Source of the DNA: Dehalococcoidia bacterium
GTDB lineage: Bacteria > Chloroflexota > Dehalococcoidia > Lucifugimonadales > UBA3495
NCBI GenBank assembly: GCA_030740155.1
Contig: JASLXV010000085.1
Coordinates: 1 to 64,000 of the forward strand
Direction: 5' to 3'
Length of the DNA: 64,000 nucleotides
A model generated the notes under the pieces. That model was not told where the DNA came from. It saw only the letters and a program-made list of their open reading frames with translations, and did no database searches. Positions 9,613 to 19,330 of the stretch are shown here, piece after piece. Each line of letters opens with the position of its first letter. The first letter of the stretch is position 1. The position numbers and the translations under genes were made by a program.

Positions 9613-10314
9613 TTAAGATTCGGGCCACGCTGGCGTTAGGCCGCGGATGCAGCCTCGCATTCGGCCCATGGCCTGTTTCACGGTTTCTGTCTGGTTGAAG
9701 ATTCCCGTGCCGGATACCAGGATCGTCGCTCCCGCTCGCACCGACTCTTGGGCGGTCCAGTCGGCCTTGACTCCACCGTCCACCTCGATTCGGGTGTTCA
9801 AGCCCTCGCCGTCGATGATCCGGCGCAGCCGTTTCACTTTTTCCAGGGCCTGGCTGATAAACGATTGGCCGCCGAAGCCCGGGTTCACGGTCATCACCAG
9901 CACCGTGTCCAGCAGTGAGAGCACCTCTTCAACGGCTGAGATGGGCGTTCCGGGGTTGATGGCCACGCCCACCCGGTTGCCTTCTCCTTTTATCCGGGTC
10001 ACGGTGCCGTGGAGGTGCCGGCAGGCTTCGGCGTGGACGGTGATCTGGTCGGCAGCCGCCTTCATGAAGCCGGGCAACAGGGTGTCCGGCTGGGCGATCA
10101 TCAGGTGGATGTCCAGAGGGAGGTGGGTGGACCGGCGGATGGCGTCGACTATCGCCTCCCCGAAGGATATGTTGGGGACGAAGTGCCCGTCCATCACGTC
10201 GACGTGAATCTGGTCGGCGCCCGCCTCGGTAACGTCCCGCAGCTGGTGGCCCAGGTTGCTGAAATCGGCCGCCAGCACCGATGGAGCGACTTGCAGGCTC
10301 GCCTCAGAGATCAT
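9613..10314 (-). CDS. rpe: ribulose-phosphate 3-epimerase
   Basis: APSVLAADF, HVDVMDGHFVPN, MTVNPGFGGQ, EVDGGV. Confidence 0.97.
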   Translation of the reverse strand: MISEASLQVAPSVLAADFSNLGHQLRDVTEAGADQIHVDVMDGHFVPNISFGEAIVDAIRRSTHLPLDIHLMIAQPDTLLPGFMKAAADQITVHAEACRHLHGTVTRIKGEGNRVGVAINPGTPISAVEEVLSLLDTVLVMTVNPGFGGQSFISQALEKVKRLRRIIDGEGLNTRIEVDGGVKADWTAQESVRAGATILVSGTGIFNQTETVKQAMGRMRGCIRGLTPAWPES

Positions 10315-11653
10315 CAGCCCCCGCCTCCAACAGTTTCTTGGCCTCGGCCAGCGCTTCCGCGACGCGCCGGGGCGCCGTGCCGCCGGGGAGGTCTCGCGCC
10401 GCCAGCGCGGACCCGGTGGTTATAAGGTACACTCCCTCATCGAAGTGAGGGGAGAACTGGTGATACTCGTCCAGGCTCAGCTTCTGGAGGTCCCTTTTCT
10501 GGGACTCGCAGTGCCGGCACAGCTCCCGGACCACACCGTGGGCCTCCCGGAAGGGCACCCCCTTGCTCACCAGGTAATCGGCCAGGTCGGTGGCCAGCGC
10601 ATAGCTTTCCCCGGCAAGGTCGTTCACCCGCTCCACGTTCAGGGTCAACCCGGACAGCATTCCCTGGAACACGCGCAGGGTTGGCAGCAGCGTGTCCACG
10701 GTGTCGAAGAGTCCCTCCTTGTCTTCCTGGAGGTCCCTATTGTAGGTCAAGGGCAGCCCTTTCAGCACCACCAGCAAGCCCATCAGGTGGCCGTAGACGC
10801 GGCCCGTCTTGCCGCGGGCCAGCTCGGCGAAGTCGGGGTTGCGCTTCTGCGGCATGATGCTGCTGCCGGTGGTGAACTCTTCGGCCAGCCGGATGAACTC
10901 GAACTCCCGGCTGGACCACAACACCATCTCTTCCGCCATGCGGGATAGGTGCATCATGCAGATCGACGCGGCGGCCAGGTACTCGAGGGCGAAGTCACGG
11001 TCGGAAACCGCGTCCATGCTGTTGGCGCTGACCCGGCTGAAACCCAGCTCCCGGGCCAGAAACTCCCGGTCCGAGGGGTACGGGACGCCGGCCAGCGCTC
11101 CGCTGCCCAGGGGGAGCACGTCCGCTCGGCGGGCGCAATCCTGGAAGCGGGCTATATCGCGCTGGAACATCTGAAAGTAGGCCAGCAAGTGGTGGGCGAA
11201 CAACACCGGCTGGGCCCGCTGCAGGTGGGTATATCCGGGCATGACGACGTCTTGGTAGCGCTCGCACAACGCCACTAGGGACTGCTGGACACCCCGGAGG
11301 CCGTCACCCGTCTCCTTGATGACATCCCGGGTGTACAAACGCATGTCCAGGGCGATCTGGTCGTTGCGGGAGCGGCCCGTGTGCAAATGCCCGGCGGCAG
11401 GGCCGATGAGTTGGCGCAACCGGCTTTCGATGTTCATGTGCAGGTCTTCGAGGGAGGTGTCCCAAGGGAAGCTTCCATCCTCGATTTCTTGGCGCACCCG
11501 CTCCAGGCCCTCGATGATAAGGCCCGAGTTCACATCGCTGATGATGCCCTGCTTGGCCAGCATTCGGGCATGGGCAATGGATCCGGTGATGTCCTGGCGG
11601 TAGAGCCGCCGGTCGTAGTGGATTGACGCAGTATATTCGCTGTGATCGGTCAT
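10304..11653 (-). CDS. argH: argininosuccinate lyase
   Basis: [43 protein letters not shown]. Confidence 0.97.
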   Translation of the reverse strand: MTDHSEYTASIHYDRRLYRQDITGSIAHARMLAKQGIISDVNSGLIIEGLERVRQEIEDGSFPWDTSLEDLHMNIESRLRQLIGPAAGHLHTGRSRNDQIALDMRLYTRDVIKETGDGLRGVQQSLVALCERYQDVVMPGYTHLQRAQPVLFAHHLLAYFQMFQRDIARFQDCARRADVLPLGSGALAGVPYPSDREFLARELGFSRVSANSMDAVSDRDFALEYLAAASICMMHLSRMAEEMVLWSSREFEFIRLAEEFTTGSSIMPQKRNPDFAELARGKTGRVYGHLMGLLVVLKGLPLTYNRDLQEDKEGLFDTVDTLLPTLRVFQGMLSGLTLNVERVNDLAGESYALATDLADYLVSKGVPFREAHGVVRELCRHCESQKRDLQKLSLDEYHQFSPHFDEGVYLITTGSALAARDLPGGTAPRRVAEALAEAKKLLEAGADDL

Positions 11654-11947
11654 TCGTCGCTCGTGCCTGGTTTCAGGCTTGTCCTTTGCCGTCGTGTACC
11701 CTGTCAGGCGCATGACATCCGGACTCAGACAAGGTTCTTTCGTCAATGAGACTATACTCCTGCTCGATGCTGCTACTCAAGTTCTGACCCATGCTCTCCC
11801 GGTGCTAAGATTGGAGTATCCTGGCCCGAAGTGCTTCCGGCGAAGCTGGGGAGTTCCGGGCAACCGGGTGTTGCCGGGCGCCGGTCCGGGCCGATCTCGT
11901 TTGATGGGGCCGGCTAATTCACCCCACATTCCTCCAGGAGGACCGCC

Positions 11948-12307
11948 GTGACCCGGTTATCGGCAGAAAAGTGCGCTGTGTGCCGCCGTGACTCGCCACC
12001 GGTGACCGAGACAGAGATAGCCCAACTACACCCCGAGGCGCCCGAGTGGCAGATTATTAGCGAGGACGGAGTTAAGAAGCTGCGCCGGGTGTTCCGGTTT
12101 GCCGGTTTCCAGCAGGCCTTGGCTTTCACCAACGCCATAGGAAACCTTGCGGAAGAGGAAGGCCATCACCCACGGCTTGTAACTGAAATACGGCGAGTTG
12201 AAGTTACCTGGTGGACGCACGTGATTCGCGATCTGCATCGGAACGATTTCGTAATGGCGGCTAAGGTCAACCACCTGTACGAAAGCATACCGCCAACTAG
12301 AGGTTGA
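11948..12307 (+). CDS. phhB: pterin-4-alpha-carbinolamine dehydratase
   Basis: AEEEGHHP, WWTH...LHRNDFVMAAK. Confidence 0.92.
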   Translation: MTRLSAEKCAVCRRDSPPVTETEIAQLHPEAPEWQIISEDGVKKLRRVFRFAGFQQALAFTNAIGNLAEEEGHHPRLVTEIRRVEVTWWTHVIRDLHRNDFVMAAKVNHLYESIPPTRG

Positions 12308-12420
12308 TCTGACGCATTGAGGTCTACCGAATATCTGGTTGGCGCGATGCGTTGTCTGCGAAGTGGAATAGTGTATAAAAGTTGTGATAATCCATGAATG
12401 CGTTTGGAGGCAGCCTAAAT

Positions 12421-12831
12421 ATGTGTTACACCAGTTCTGGCTCGTCTGCGTGACCGATACGCGCTGAGTCGACGGCCGCCATCTCGAAACAGAACTCCAG
12501 GTTGACCGGAAGAGCTCGGCGGAGGGCCGTCGCAACCGAGAAATCGCGGGTCCTCGCTTCAAGCGAACACCTGGATGAGGTTTTTGGAGCCTTCGTATTG
12601 GCGGCGAACAAGCTTGTCAGATTTGACCGGGTCACCCTGGCCTGGATAACTGCGAACAGATCGGACATCAGTGCCCTCAAGGCCAGTATCGGCTCCGGCA
12701 AGGATGACGACGCCCCGGCGCACCGCGGCTTCACGGGTATTCATGCCAGGATAGAGAGAACCCCAGGCCCTGTCACCGGCGGGCTGCCGGATTGCCTCAA
12801 AAGCGTTACAATGTGGGGCAATCACCGCTGA
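12421..12831 (+). pseudogene. possible remnant of a GAF-domain sensor gene
   Basis: GGAGG RBS, ATG 12421, in-frame TGA 12451, then VLASSEHLDEVFGAFVLAANKLVRFDRVTLAWI resembling a GAF N-terminus. Confidence 0.4.
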
Positions 12832-12843
12832 TGGAGGGCCGTT

Positions 12844-13872
12844 ATGCGCGTTTTTCACCGTATTGGAACTAAAGACCTTGGCGCGGTGGCCGCCGAGGCC
12901 GCCTGGGCCGAATCGATGGGGTACGATGGTCTCTCGAGCAATGAGACCGCCCACGACCCATTTCTGCCTCTGGCGCTGGCCGCTACCGCCACCTCTCGGA
13001 TTACCCTCGAGACCCGAGTGGCCATCGCCTTCCCTCGCTCCCCCATGGCTGTGGCCTACCTCAGCCGGGACCTGCAGGAACTCTCGAAAGGCCGCTTCCG
13101 GCTGGGCTTGGGCACCCAGGTCAAAGGCCATATCCAGCGCCGCTTCTCCTCCAGTTGGGAGTCGCCGGGCCCCAAGCTGAGGGAGTACGTGCAGTCGCTG
13201 CGTCATATCTGGGACTGCTGGGCCAATGGGACCAAGATGGATTATCAGGGCCGGTTCTACCAATTCACTCTGATGACTCCTTTCTTCAGCCCCGGTCCCA
13301 GCAACTATCCGGACCCTGAAGTTTTCACCGCGGCCGTTAACGCCTATAACTGCCGGGTGGCCGGAGAGGTCAGCGACGGCTTGATGCTGCACAGCCTTAC
13401 ATCGGCCGAGTACGTGCGGCAGGTGGTAAAACCCGGCATGGAGATGGGCGCCGGAAAAGCCGGACGCACCGCCACGGGACTCAAGGTAACCGGTGGCGGT
13501 TTCATCGTCACCGGACCCAATAAGGCCAGCATTCGCGCCGCCGAGGCCGAACTGCGCCGGCGAATCTCCTTCTACGCTTCCACCAGGACCTACCATCCGG
13601 TCCTGGAGTGTCACGGGTTCATCGAGATTGGGAAGCGCCTCCATGAGATGTCCGTCCGCAACGAGTGGGCGGAGATGGCCGAGTTGGTCAGCGACGAAAT
13701 GCTGGACGCCTTCGCCGTAAGGGGTGAATACGACGAAGTCGCCGGGAAGTTCCTCGAACGGTACGGGGGGTTGCTCGACGAGGTGAATTTCACGGTCTAC
13801 ACGGAGTCGCCGCCGGAAGAGGCCGAGATGCGAAAAATCATCCGGCAGTTGCAAGAGGCTTCGAAGAACTGA
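12844..13872 (+). CDS. LLM-class, probably F420-dependent oxidoreductase (TIGR03617-like)
   Basis: ETAHDPFLPL, IAFPRSPM, GRFRLGLGTQVKGHI.RRFS, FTLMTPFF, FYASTRTY. Confidence 0.93.
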   Translation: MRVFHRIGTKDLGAVAAEAAWAESMGYDGLSSNETAHDPFLPLALAATATSRITLETRVAIAFPRSPMAVAYLSRDLQELSKGRFRLGLGTQVKGHIQRRFSSSWESPGPKLREYVQSLRHIWDCWANGTKMDYQGRFYQFTLMTPFFSPGPSNYPDPEVFTAAVNAYNCRVAGEVSDGLMLHSLTSAEYVRQVVKPGMEMGAGKAGRTATGLKVTGGGFIVTGPNKASIRAAEAELRRRISFYASTRTYHPVLECHGFIEIGKRLHEMSVRNEWAEMAELVSDEMLDAFAVRGEYDEVAGKFLERYGGLLDEVNFTVYTESPPEEAEMRKIIRQLQEASKN

Positions 13873-13975
13873 CCCCGCACGCACCCCCGGCAGGCATTCT
13901 GCGAGGCCGGACCCGGCCCACACATGGTGGGTGGGGTAACACCTGAGCAGCAGTGCCCGGCCGCCCGAAACGGCC

Positions 13976-14009
13976 TCCTCTCCCCTTGGGAGAGGACCGA
14001 GGTGAGGGC
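13976..14009. repeat. REP-like palindrome family C (CCTCTCCC...GGGAGAGG..GGTGAGGG)
   Basis: similar copy at about 59637-59674. Confidence 0.7.
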
Positions 14010-14107
14010 AACGCCGGGGTCAGCGGGCAACATGCCCCTGGGCGAATATACTCTTGTTGCCAATAGCATCACATGGGCGAAATTGCGCGACATGTCCTTC
14101 CCTCGAA

Positions 14108-14174
14108 CGTCTTTCCGGCGAACGCCGGAACCCAGGGAAGCGCCTGGAGTGTCCCGGCCCTCGCCGGGATGACA
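14108..14174. repeat. REP-like family B (GTCTTTCCGGCGAA.GCCGGAACCCAG...CCCGGC..TCGCCGGG.TGAC)
   Basis: near-identical copy at 51142-51208 and a degenerate copy near 51272. Confidence 0.8.
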
Positions 14175-14211
14175 AACCGGGTACCGAGCCACGTGCGAGA
14201 CAGTAAGCTAG

Positions 14212-15099
14212 ATGCATGACGATAAGTCCGCGGGCGCTGCCTCTGTCAGAAAGCCCTTCAGGCGCGACAATGAGACGGATCGCACATACTGTCTGAAATG
14301 GGCGGCCTGGGAATGGTTGTATACCGTCGCTCAGTGTCGCTGCATCGGCTTGGAGGTGCGCTTGGAAGGGCTCGGTGGCCGGATCGTGGACCTGGCGGGA
14401 GTGGGCCCCGGCAACACGATCTACGTCGTGGAGGTAAAGTCCAGCCGGTCCGACTTCTCTCGCGACAACCATACGGCGAACGACCTGGCCGCGCTGGCCG
14501 CTCAGGGCCGGATTGTCGCAGGGCGCACCGAGTTGGCCCGCAAAACCCTGGTGCAGGCCACCGTCCACGCCCAGAAGGTACACCCCGGCTCCTGGCGCGA
14601 GGTTCTGGCCTACCGGCAAGCCCTGTCGGACTTCAAGAGGTTGGTTGGGAAAGAGCAGGCCTACCGAACGCGGCTGGCGACCTACAGCATCAAATTCCAC
14701 GATGACCGGTTTCTCAGGATCGCCGATTACCACTACATCATCGCGCCCCGGCAAGCCGTCACCCTCCGGGGGCTGCCTCCCCAATGGAGGCTCCTGGACG
14801 ATACCCCTCGGGTGGTGGTGCCGGCGCCCCGGAAGAGCGTCCGAAAGAATACCGGTATAGTGTCCAATATCCTGAGGGCAATCGCGAGAAGCGACACCAC
14901 GTCCATGATGCGGGCTCAGGGTGTGATGCTTGCCGAAGGTGGCGGCGGGTTCCCCAGAGATGACGTTGAGATCGGCGAGGACGAGTCAATGGACCTGGTG
15001 GCGGACTCGGCCGAGGCCGTCCCGGATGCCCGCTCTAGCCCGGTACCGGAGTTGGGGAATGGCCTGGGTGGCCGGCAGTCGTCGCTCAGGAATTCATGA
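14212..15099 (+). CDS. PD-(D/E)xK nuclease-fold protein, MmcB-like, with helical insertion
   Basis: EVRL...IVDLAGV...VVEVKSSRSDF..D and, after an insertion, K...ADYHYIIAP....LP..W.LL. Confidence 0.7.
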   Translation: MHDDKSAGAASVRKPFRRDNETDRTYCLKWAAWEWLYTVAQCRCIGLEVRLEGLGGRIVDLAGVGPGNTIYVVEVKSSRSDFSRDNHTANDLAALAAQGRIVAGRTELARKTLVQATVHAQKVHPGSWREVLAYRQALSDFKRLVGKEQAYRTRLATYSIKFHDDRFLRIADYHYIIAPRQAVTLRGLPPQWRLLDDTPRVVVPAPRKSVRKNTGIVSNILRAIARSDTTSMMRAQGVMLAEGGGGFPRDDVEIGEDESMDLVADSAEAVPDARSSPVPELGNGLGGRQSSLRNS

Positions 15100-15832
15100 A
15101 CTGGGAGACTAGCGACCCCAGGTCGAACTGTATCCGCCGGAATCCTTCGGTGAAAGGAAGCCCGGAGGCCTCGGCGTGTATCGCCGCCCTTTCGCGCACC
15201 CGTTGGATCCGAGCGGCGAGGTCACGTCCCGACATCTGACTGGCGTGCTTGCCCAAAGATTCCGCCTTCAGTTCCAGGTAGTCCATCACATCCACGAAAA
15301 CGTCGGGGGTCTCGCTGCCCCACAGATAAGCCTCGGCCACCCGGTGCGGCTCCAGTCCTTCGGCATAAATCTGCTCCGGGAAATGCAGGTGGCTCCAGGC
15401 GTAGGTGAAGGCGGCATCCAGGGCCACCTGGCCGCTCATCCGGTGGTCCCGGTGTGTGTGAGTATTACTGCGGTAAGGGTCGATGCACAGAATCAGATCG
15501 GGCTTGTGATGGCGGATTTCCCGGACTATCTGGCTGCGGAACAGCATGGTGTCTTCCAACCCGCCGTCGGGATGAGCCAGAAACACAACCTCTTTCACCC
15601 CCAAGGCATCCGAGGCTTCCTGCTGTTCCCGCTCGCGGATTTCCGCCAGCCGGGCCGGGGGCATCTCACGGTCCGAAGTGCCTTTGTCGCCGTTGGTACA
15701 GAGCACCACGGCCACCTCCGTACCGGCCTCTTTGATCCACTTGCCCAGAGTCCCGCCGCAGCCGCCCTCGCAGTCGTCGGGGTGGGGTGTGACCGCCATC
15801 GCCCGAAGCGGCGGGGTAGTTATTATTTCCAT
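15086..15832 (-). CDS. PIG-L/LmbE family deacetylase
   Basis: PHPDDCE, TNGDKG, R.REQ..A, HRDH, HASQ. Confidence 0.93.
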   Translation of the reverse strand: MEIITTPPLRAMAVTPHPDDCEGGCGGTLGKWIKEAGTEVAVVLCTNGDKGTSDREMPPARLAEIREREQQEASDALGVKEVVFLAHPDGGLEDTMLFRSQIVREIRHHKPDLILCIDPYRSNTHTHRDHRMSGQVALDAAFTYAWSHLHFPEQIYAEGLEPHRVAEAYLWGSETPDVFVDVMDYLELKAESLGKHASQMSGRDLAARIQRVRERAAIHAEASGLPFTEGFRRIQFDLGSLVSQFMNS

Positions 15833-15871
15833 AAGCGGTTGTGTCCTTTCTCCGTTGCGGGTATTTGGCGA

Positions 15872-15917
15872 GGAGCCTGGGGGACCCTTTCTCGCAAGAA
15901 AGGGTCCCCCAGGCTCC
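15872..15917. repeat. perfect 21-bp inverted repeat (REP-like hairpin)
   Basis: ggagcctgggggaccctttct-cgca-agaaagggtcccccaggctcc. Confidence 0.85.
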
Positions 15918-15983
15918 CTCCTAAAGAACCTATTCTGGTCTGGTAAATGATAGGGGTTCTAGCTTCGCTAAGGAAGCCCCGGC

Positions 15984-16649
15984 TCACTCGTCGAGGGTGA
16001 TGGCCCGGCCCAGGGCGGTGGCGGTGTACCGGCCGGTGCGGCCGGGCATTCGCTCCAGCCAGCGGAACTTGTCCCGGGCGGCGTTGCGGAGGGTCTGGGT
16101 GAAGCTATGGGGCTGGCGCCAGTCCGCCAGGTCGAACAGCCGCGCCAGCTCGGTGCCGTCGACGCTCTCCATGCCGAAAAACAGGCGGGCGGCCTCGGTA
16201 GCCACCACTACCCGGCGCATGTCTCCCAGCGGGTTGGCCGAGCGGCAAAACTCGGCAAAAGCCTTTTCAGTCGTGGGAGACCGGGCACTTTGTGGAGTCT
16301 CCGGCTGCTCCGAGTCCGCGGATTTATGCGGCCCTCGACGAGACGGCCGGGTACCGGAACTGGGGGCGCCGGCGGCTGGAGTTCGGCCACGGGCCGTCTC
16401 CCGAGCCGGTGGAGTTGCCAGGGTGTTGGTTTCAGGGGGCTGTGGCGGCGCCGGTGTTTCAGTTACACCGGTACCTTTTTCCAGCGGGGCCAACCGGGTG
16501 TTACCGCCGTTGGCCAACGGGGTGGAGAACATCAACTCCCGGGGGAGGTCTCTCAGTGCCAACACCACGACATCGTGTATCACCTCCGGCTCTTCCGACT
16601 CGAAGGTTATCTGGGCGGAGTTGGGAAGGGTGATAGATACCTTGACCAT
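15984..16649 (-). CDS. hypothetical protein: small N-domain, Pro/Thr linker, C-terminal winged-helix-like domain
   Basis: ATG 16649; C-terminal ELARLFDLA...FTQTLRNAAR..FRWLER...GRYTATALG pattern. Confidence 0.75.
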   Translation of the reverse strand: MVKVSITLPNSAQITFESEEPEVIHDVVVLALRDLPRELMFSTPLANGGNTRLAPLEKGTGVTETPAPPQPPETNTLATPPARETARGRTPAAGAPSSGTRPSRRGPHKSADSEQPETPQSARSPTTEKAFAEFCRSANPLGDMRRVVVATEAARLFFGMESVDGTELARLFDLADWRQPHSFTQTLRNAARDKFRWLERMPGRTGRYTATALGRAITLDE

Positions 16650-16846
16650 ACTTCTCGCGGGAAACTCCGGGCAGGCTGAACGTATGGTACCCCATGGGTA
16701 ACTTGTAATCAACCCGGTTCCGGTACAAGTGTACCAATGGGGTGTAAACACCCGGAGGAATCCCACGTGGTTAATGGAAGCACAATACGAATTGGAGCAA
16801 GTCCGTTGTTTCCCCCCGCCCGCAAACACCCACCGAAAGCCCGGTG

Positions 16847-18727
16847 CTAGATGGTCTGCTTGAGGCGGAGGGCCAGGGAGCGGGTCAGGCCGGGTACGGC
16901 GGCGATGTCATCCACCGATGCCTCTTTGATGCCCTGCAGCGAGCCAAAGCGGCGCAGCAGCATCCGCTTGCGCTTGGGGCCGATGCCCGTGACCATGTCG
17001 ATGGGCGAGCGGAGACTGCTCTTGCTTCGGAGGTTCCGGTGGTAGGTGATGGCGAAACGGTGGGCTTCGTCGCGAATCCGTTGCACCAAGTACATGGCTT
17101 GCGAGTTGCGGGGCAGGACAATGGGCTCCGGCGCATACGGCAGGTACAGCCACTCGTTCTCTTTGGCCAGAGAGGCCAGGGGAATGTCGTCCAGCCCAAG
17201 CTCCAGCAACACCTCCAGGGCCGCCGAGAGCTGCCCTTTGCCGCCGTCGATGAGCAACAGGTCGGGAAGGATGCCCCACGTGTCTAGGGCCGTTTGAGCG
17301 GAGTTTCCTTCATCCCCCTGACCGGCCTTCTGCTCGGCACGCCGGACCTCTCCCAGCCGTTTCAGACGGCGCCGCAGGACCTCTCGGATGCTTTCGTAAT
17401 CGTCCACCCCCGCCACCGACTTGATCTTGAACCGGCGGTAGTGGGCCGGCTTGGGTCTCCCGTTCTCGAAGACGACCATGCTGCCCACGGTGTTGGTCCC
17501 CTGGATGTGGGAAATGTCGTAGCATTCCATCCGGTAGGGGGAAGCCGGCAGGCTGAGTTCCTCCTGGAGTTCGGACATGGCCTGCTGAATGATGTCGGCA
17601 TTGCCCAGCCACTTGATTCGGTGGTGATCCAAACCCTGGACGGCGTTCACGGCGACCACGTCCATCAGCTGTTTGTGCACTCCGCGTTGAGGATGGGAGA
17701 GCTTGATCGTGCCGCCGCGCAGCTCCCGCAGCCAACCGCGGATCAGCTCCTCATCTTCCAACGGATGTTGCAACATGATTTGCGGGGGGACCATGGCCGC
17801 CGATTGATAGAACTGCTTGATGAACTGGCCGAGGATCAAGTTGGGAGGGTCGTCTTCAGTTCCCTCCATGAAGAAGTGTTCCCGTCCGATGAGCTTGCCG
17901 TGGCGAACGGAGAAGACCTCCACCCAGGCCTCATTGCTCCCCTGGGCGAGCGCGACAACGTCCATATCACTAACCGGGTTGGACGCGACCTTGATGCGTT
18001 GTTCCTCGGCAACCCGGTCGACGCTGCGTATCCGGTCCCGTAGTACGGCGGCCCGCTCGAATTCCAGCTTCTCGGAGGCCTCTTGCATGTTCCGGCGCAG
18101 GTCTCCGGTGACGGTTTCGGTATCCCCTTTCATGAACAGGATGACCTGTTCGATCACCTTCGCGTACTCTTCTTGGGTGGCATAACCGGCGCAGGGAGCA
18201 ACGCAGCGGTGGATGTAGTATTCCAGGCAAGGCCGGGGATCGTTACCGGTAATCACCTTGGTGCAGGAACGATAGGGGAACAGCCGCTTGATCAGGTCCA
18301 TGCTCTGGCGGACGCTGCCGGCAGTGGCGAAGGGGCCGAAATACCGGGCCCCGTCATCGGCCACCCGGCGGGTGATGTAGACCCGGGGGTACTCTTCCGC
18401 GAGATCAATCTTCAAGTAGGGATAGGTCTTGTCGTCTTTGAGCCGGGCGTTGTACCGCGGCCGGTACCGCTTGATCAGGGTATTCTCGAGGATCAGCGCC
18501 TCGGATTCGGTGTCGGTGACGATGAACTCGAAGTCGTGGACGTGGCCCATCAGACGGCGAGTCTTGGGGAGTTGGCTGGCCGGGGAGCCGAAGTACGACC
18601 GGACGCGGTTGCGGAGAATGCTGGCTTTGCCCACGTACAGCACGGTGCCGCGGGCGTCTCTCATCATGTAGACGCCCGGCCGCTCTGGGGTAGCCCGCAG
18701 GCGCTGCTCAATGAGGGGTAGTGCCAT
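16847..18727 (-). CDS. uvrC: excinuclease ABC subunit C
   Basis: GIY-YIG (PGVY..YVGKA), ECYDISH, LIDGGKGQL, RIRDEAHRFA, HhH motifs. Confidence 0.98.
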   Translation of the reverse strand: MALPLIEQRLRATPERPGVYMMRDARGTVLYVGKASILRNRVRSYFGSPASQLPKTRRLMGHVHDFEFIVTDTESEALILENTLIKRYRPRYNARLKDDKTYPYLKIDLAEEYPRVYITRRVADDGARYFGPFATAGSVRQSMDLIKRLFPYRSCTKVITGNDPRPCLEYYIHRCVAPCAGYATQEEYAKVIEQVILFMKGDTETVTGDLRRNMQEASEKLEFERAAVLRDRIRSVDRVAEEQRIKVASNPVSDMDVVALAQGSNEAWVEVFSVRHGKLIGREHFFMEGTEDDPPNLILGQFIKQFYQSAAMVPPQIMLQHPLEDEELIRGWLRELRGGTIKLSHPQRGVHKQLMDVVAVNAVQGLDHHRIKWLGNADIIQQAMSELQEELSLPASPYRMECYDISHIQGTNTVGSMVVFENGRPKPAHYRRFKIKSVAGVDDYESIREVLRRRLKRLGEVRRAEQKAGQGDEGNSAQTALDTWGILPDLLLIDGGKGQLSAALEVLLELGLDDIPLASLAKENEWLYLPYAPEPIVLPRNSQAMYLVQRIRDEAHRFAITYHRNLRSKSSLRSPIDMVTGIGPKRKRMLLRRFGSLQGIKEASVDDIAAVPGLTRSLALRLKQTI

Positions 18728-18734
18728 CTTTAGC

Positions 18735-19118
18735 TTACAAGATCGTTCCCAACACTAGAATAACAACCAGCACCGATCCCGCCATTACCAGGATGCGCTT
18801 CAACTCGGCGCCGATGTAGGCTTGGGCCGGTGGGCGCTCGCCCCTCACCCGGGCGAAGGTTGACGAAGAGGGGTGCATCGCCGAACGGGGTAATGCCGGG
18901 CTGCGTACCACAGGTGCGGGGGCAGGAGCGGGCGAAGGCGAGGGGACGGGATCCACTGCATCCGGCGCCTGGAGGCCGGCATCGGTGGACGGCTCGCCGT
19001 CGGCGGTGATGGACCCTGCATCAGGCAAGGAAACCCCGCTGGGTCCCTTTTGCTGCCGTTTTCGTCTCCGGCCGAGTTGCGCCTGGCGTGACGCTACCCG
19101 GCGAGCTTTACCCGCCAT
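18735..19118 (-). CDS. small basic, Pro-rich protein with C-terminal transmembrane helix
   Basis: GGAGG RBS, MAGKARRVASRQAQL...YIGAELKRILVMAGSVLVVILVLGTIL; lies between xerD and uvrC. Confidence 0.75.
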   Translation of the reverse strand: MAGKARRVASRQAQLGRRRKRQQKGPSGVSLPDAGSITADGEPSTDAGLQAPDAVDPVPSPSPAPAPAPVVRSPALPRSAMHPSSSTFARVRGERPPAQAYIGAELKRILVMAGSVLVVILVLGTIL

Positions 19119-19330
19119 GAAGCCTGGCCTCCTGATGAGCGTTGGTGGTTGCCCGGCCGGGTAAAGCGGAGCACCCGGTCTCGTTGGGCTGACAAGCTTA
19201 CTATAGCAGCATTTTGTAGAAATGGGCAGCCCGCGGGAGGGTAGCAGCCACTGGTTTCCGGCCCCTGCCAGACCTCCGGAACTCCTTGGCCCGGCAATCG
19301 GCTTCCAGCGCCGCCCGAGGCCCGCGGGCC

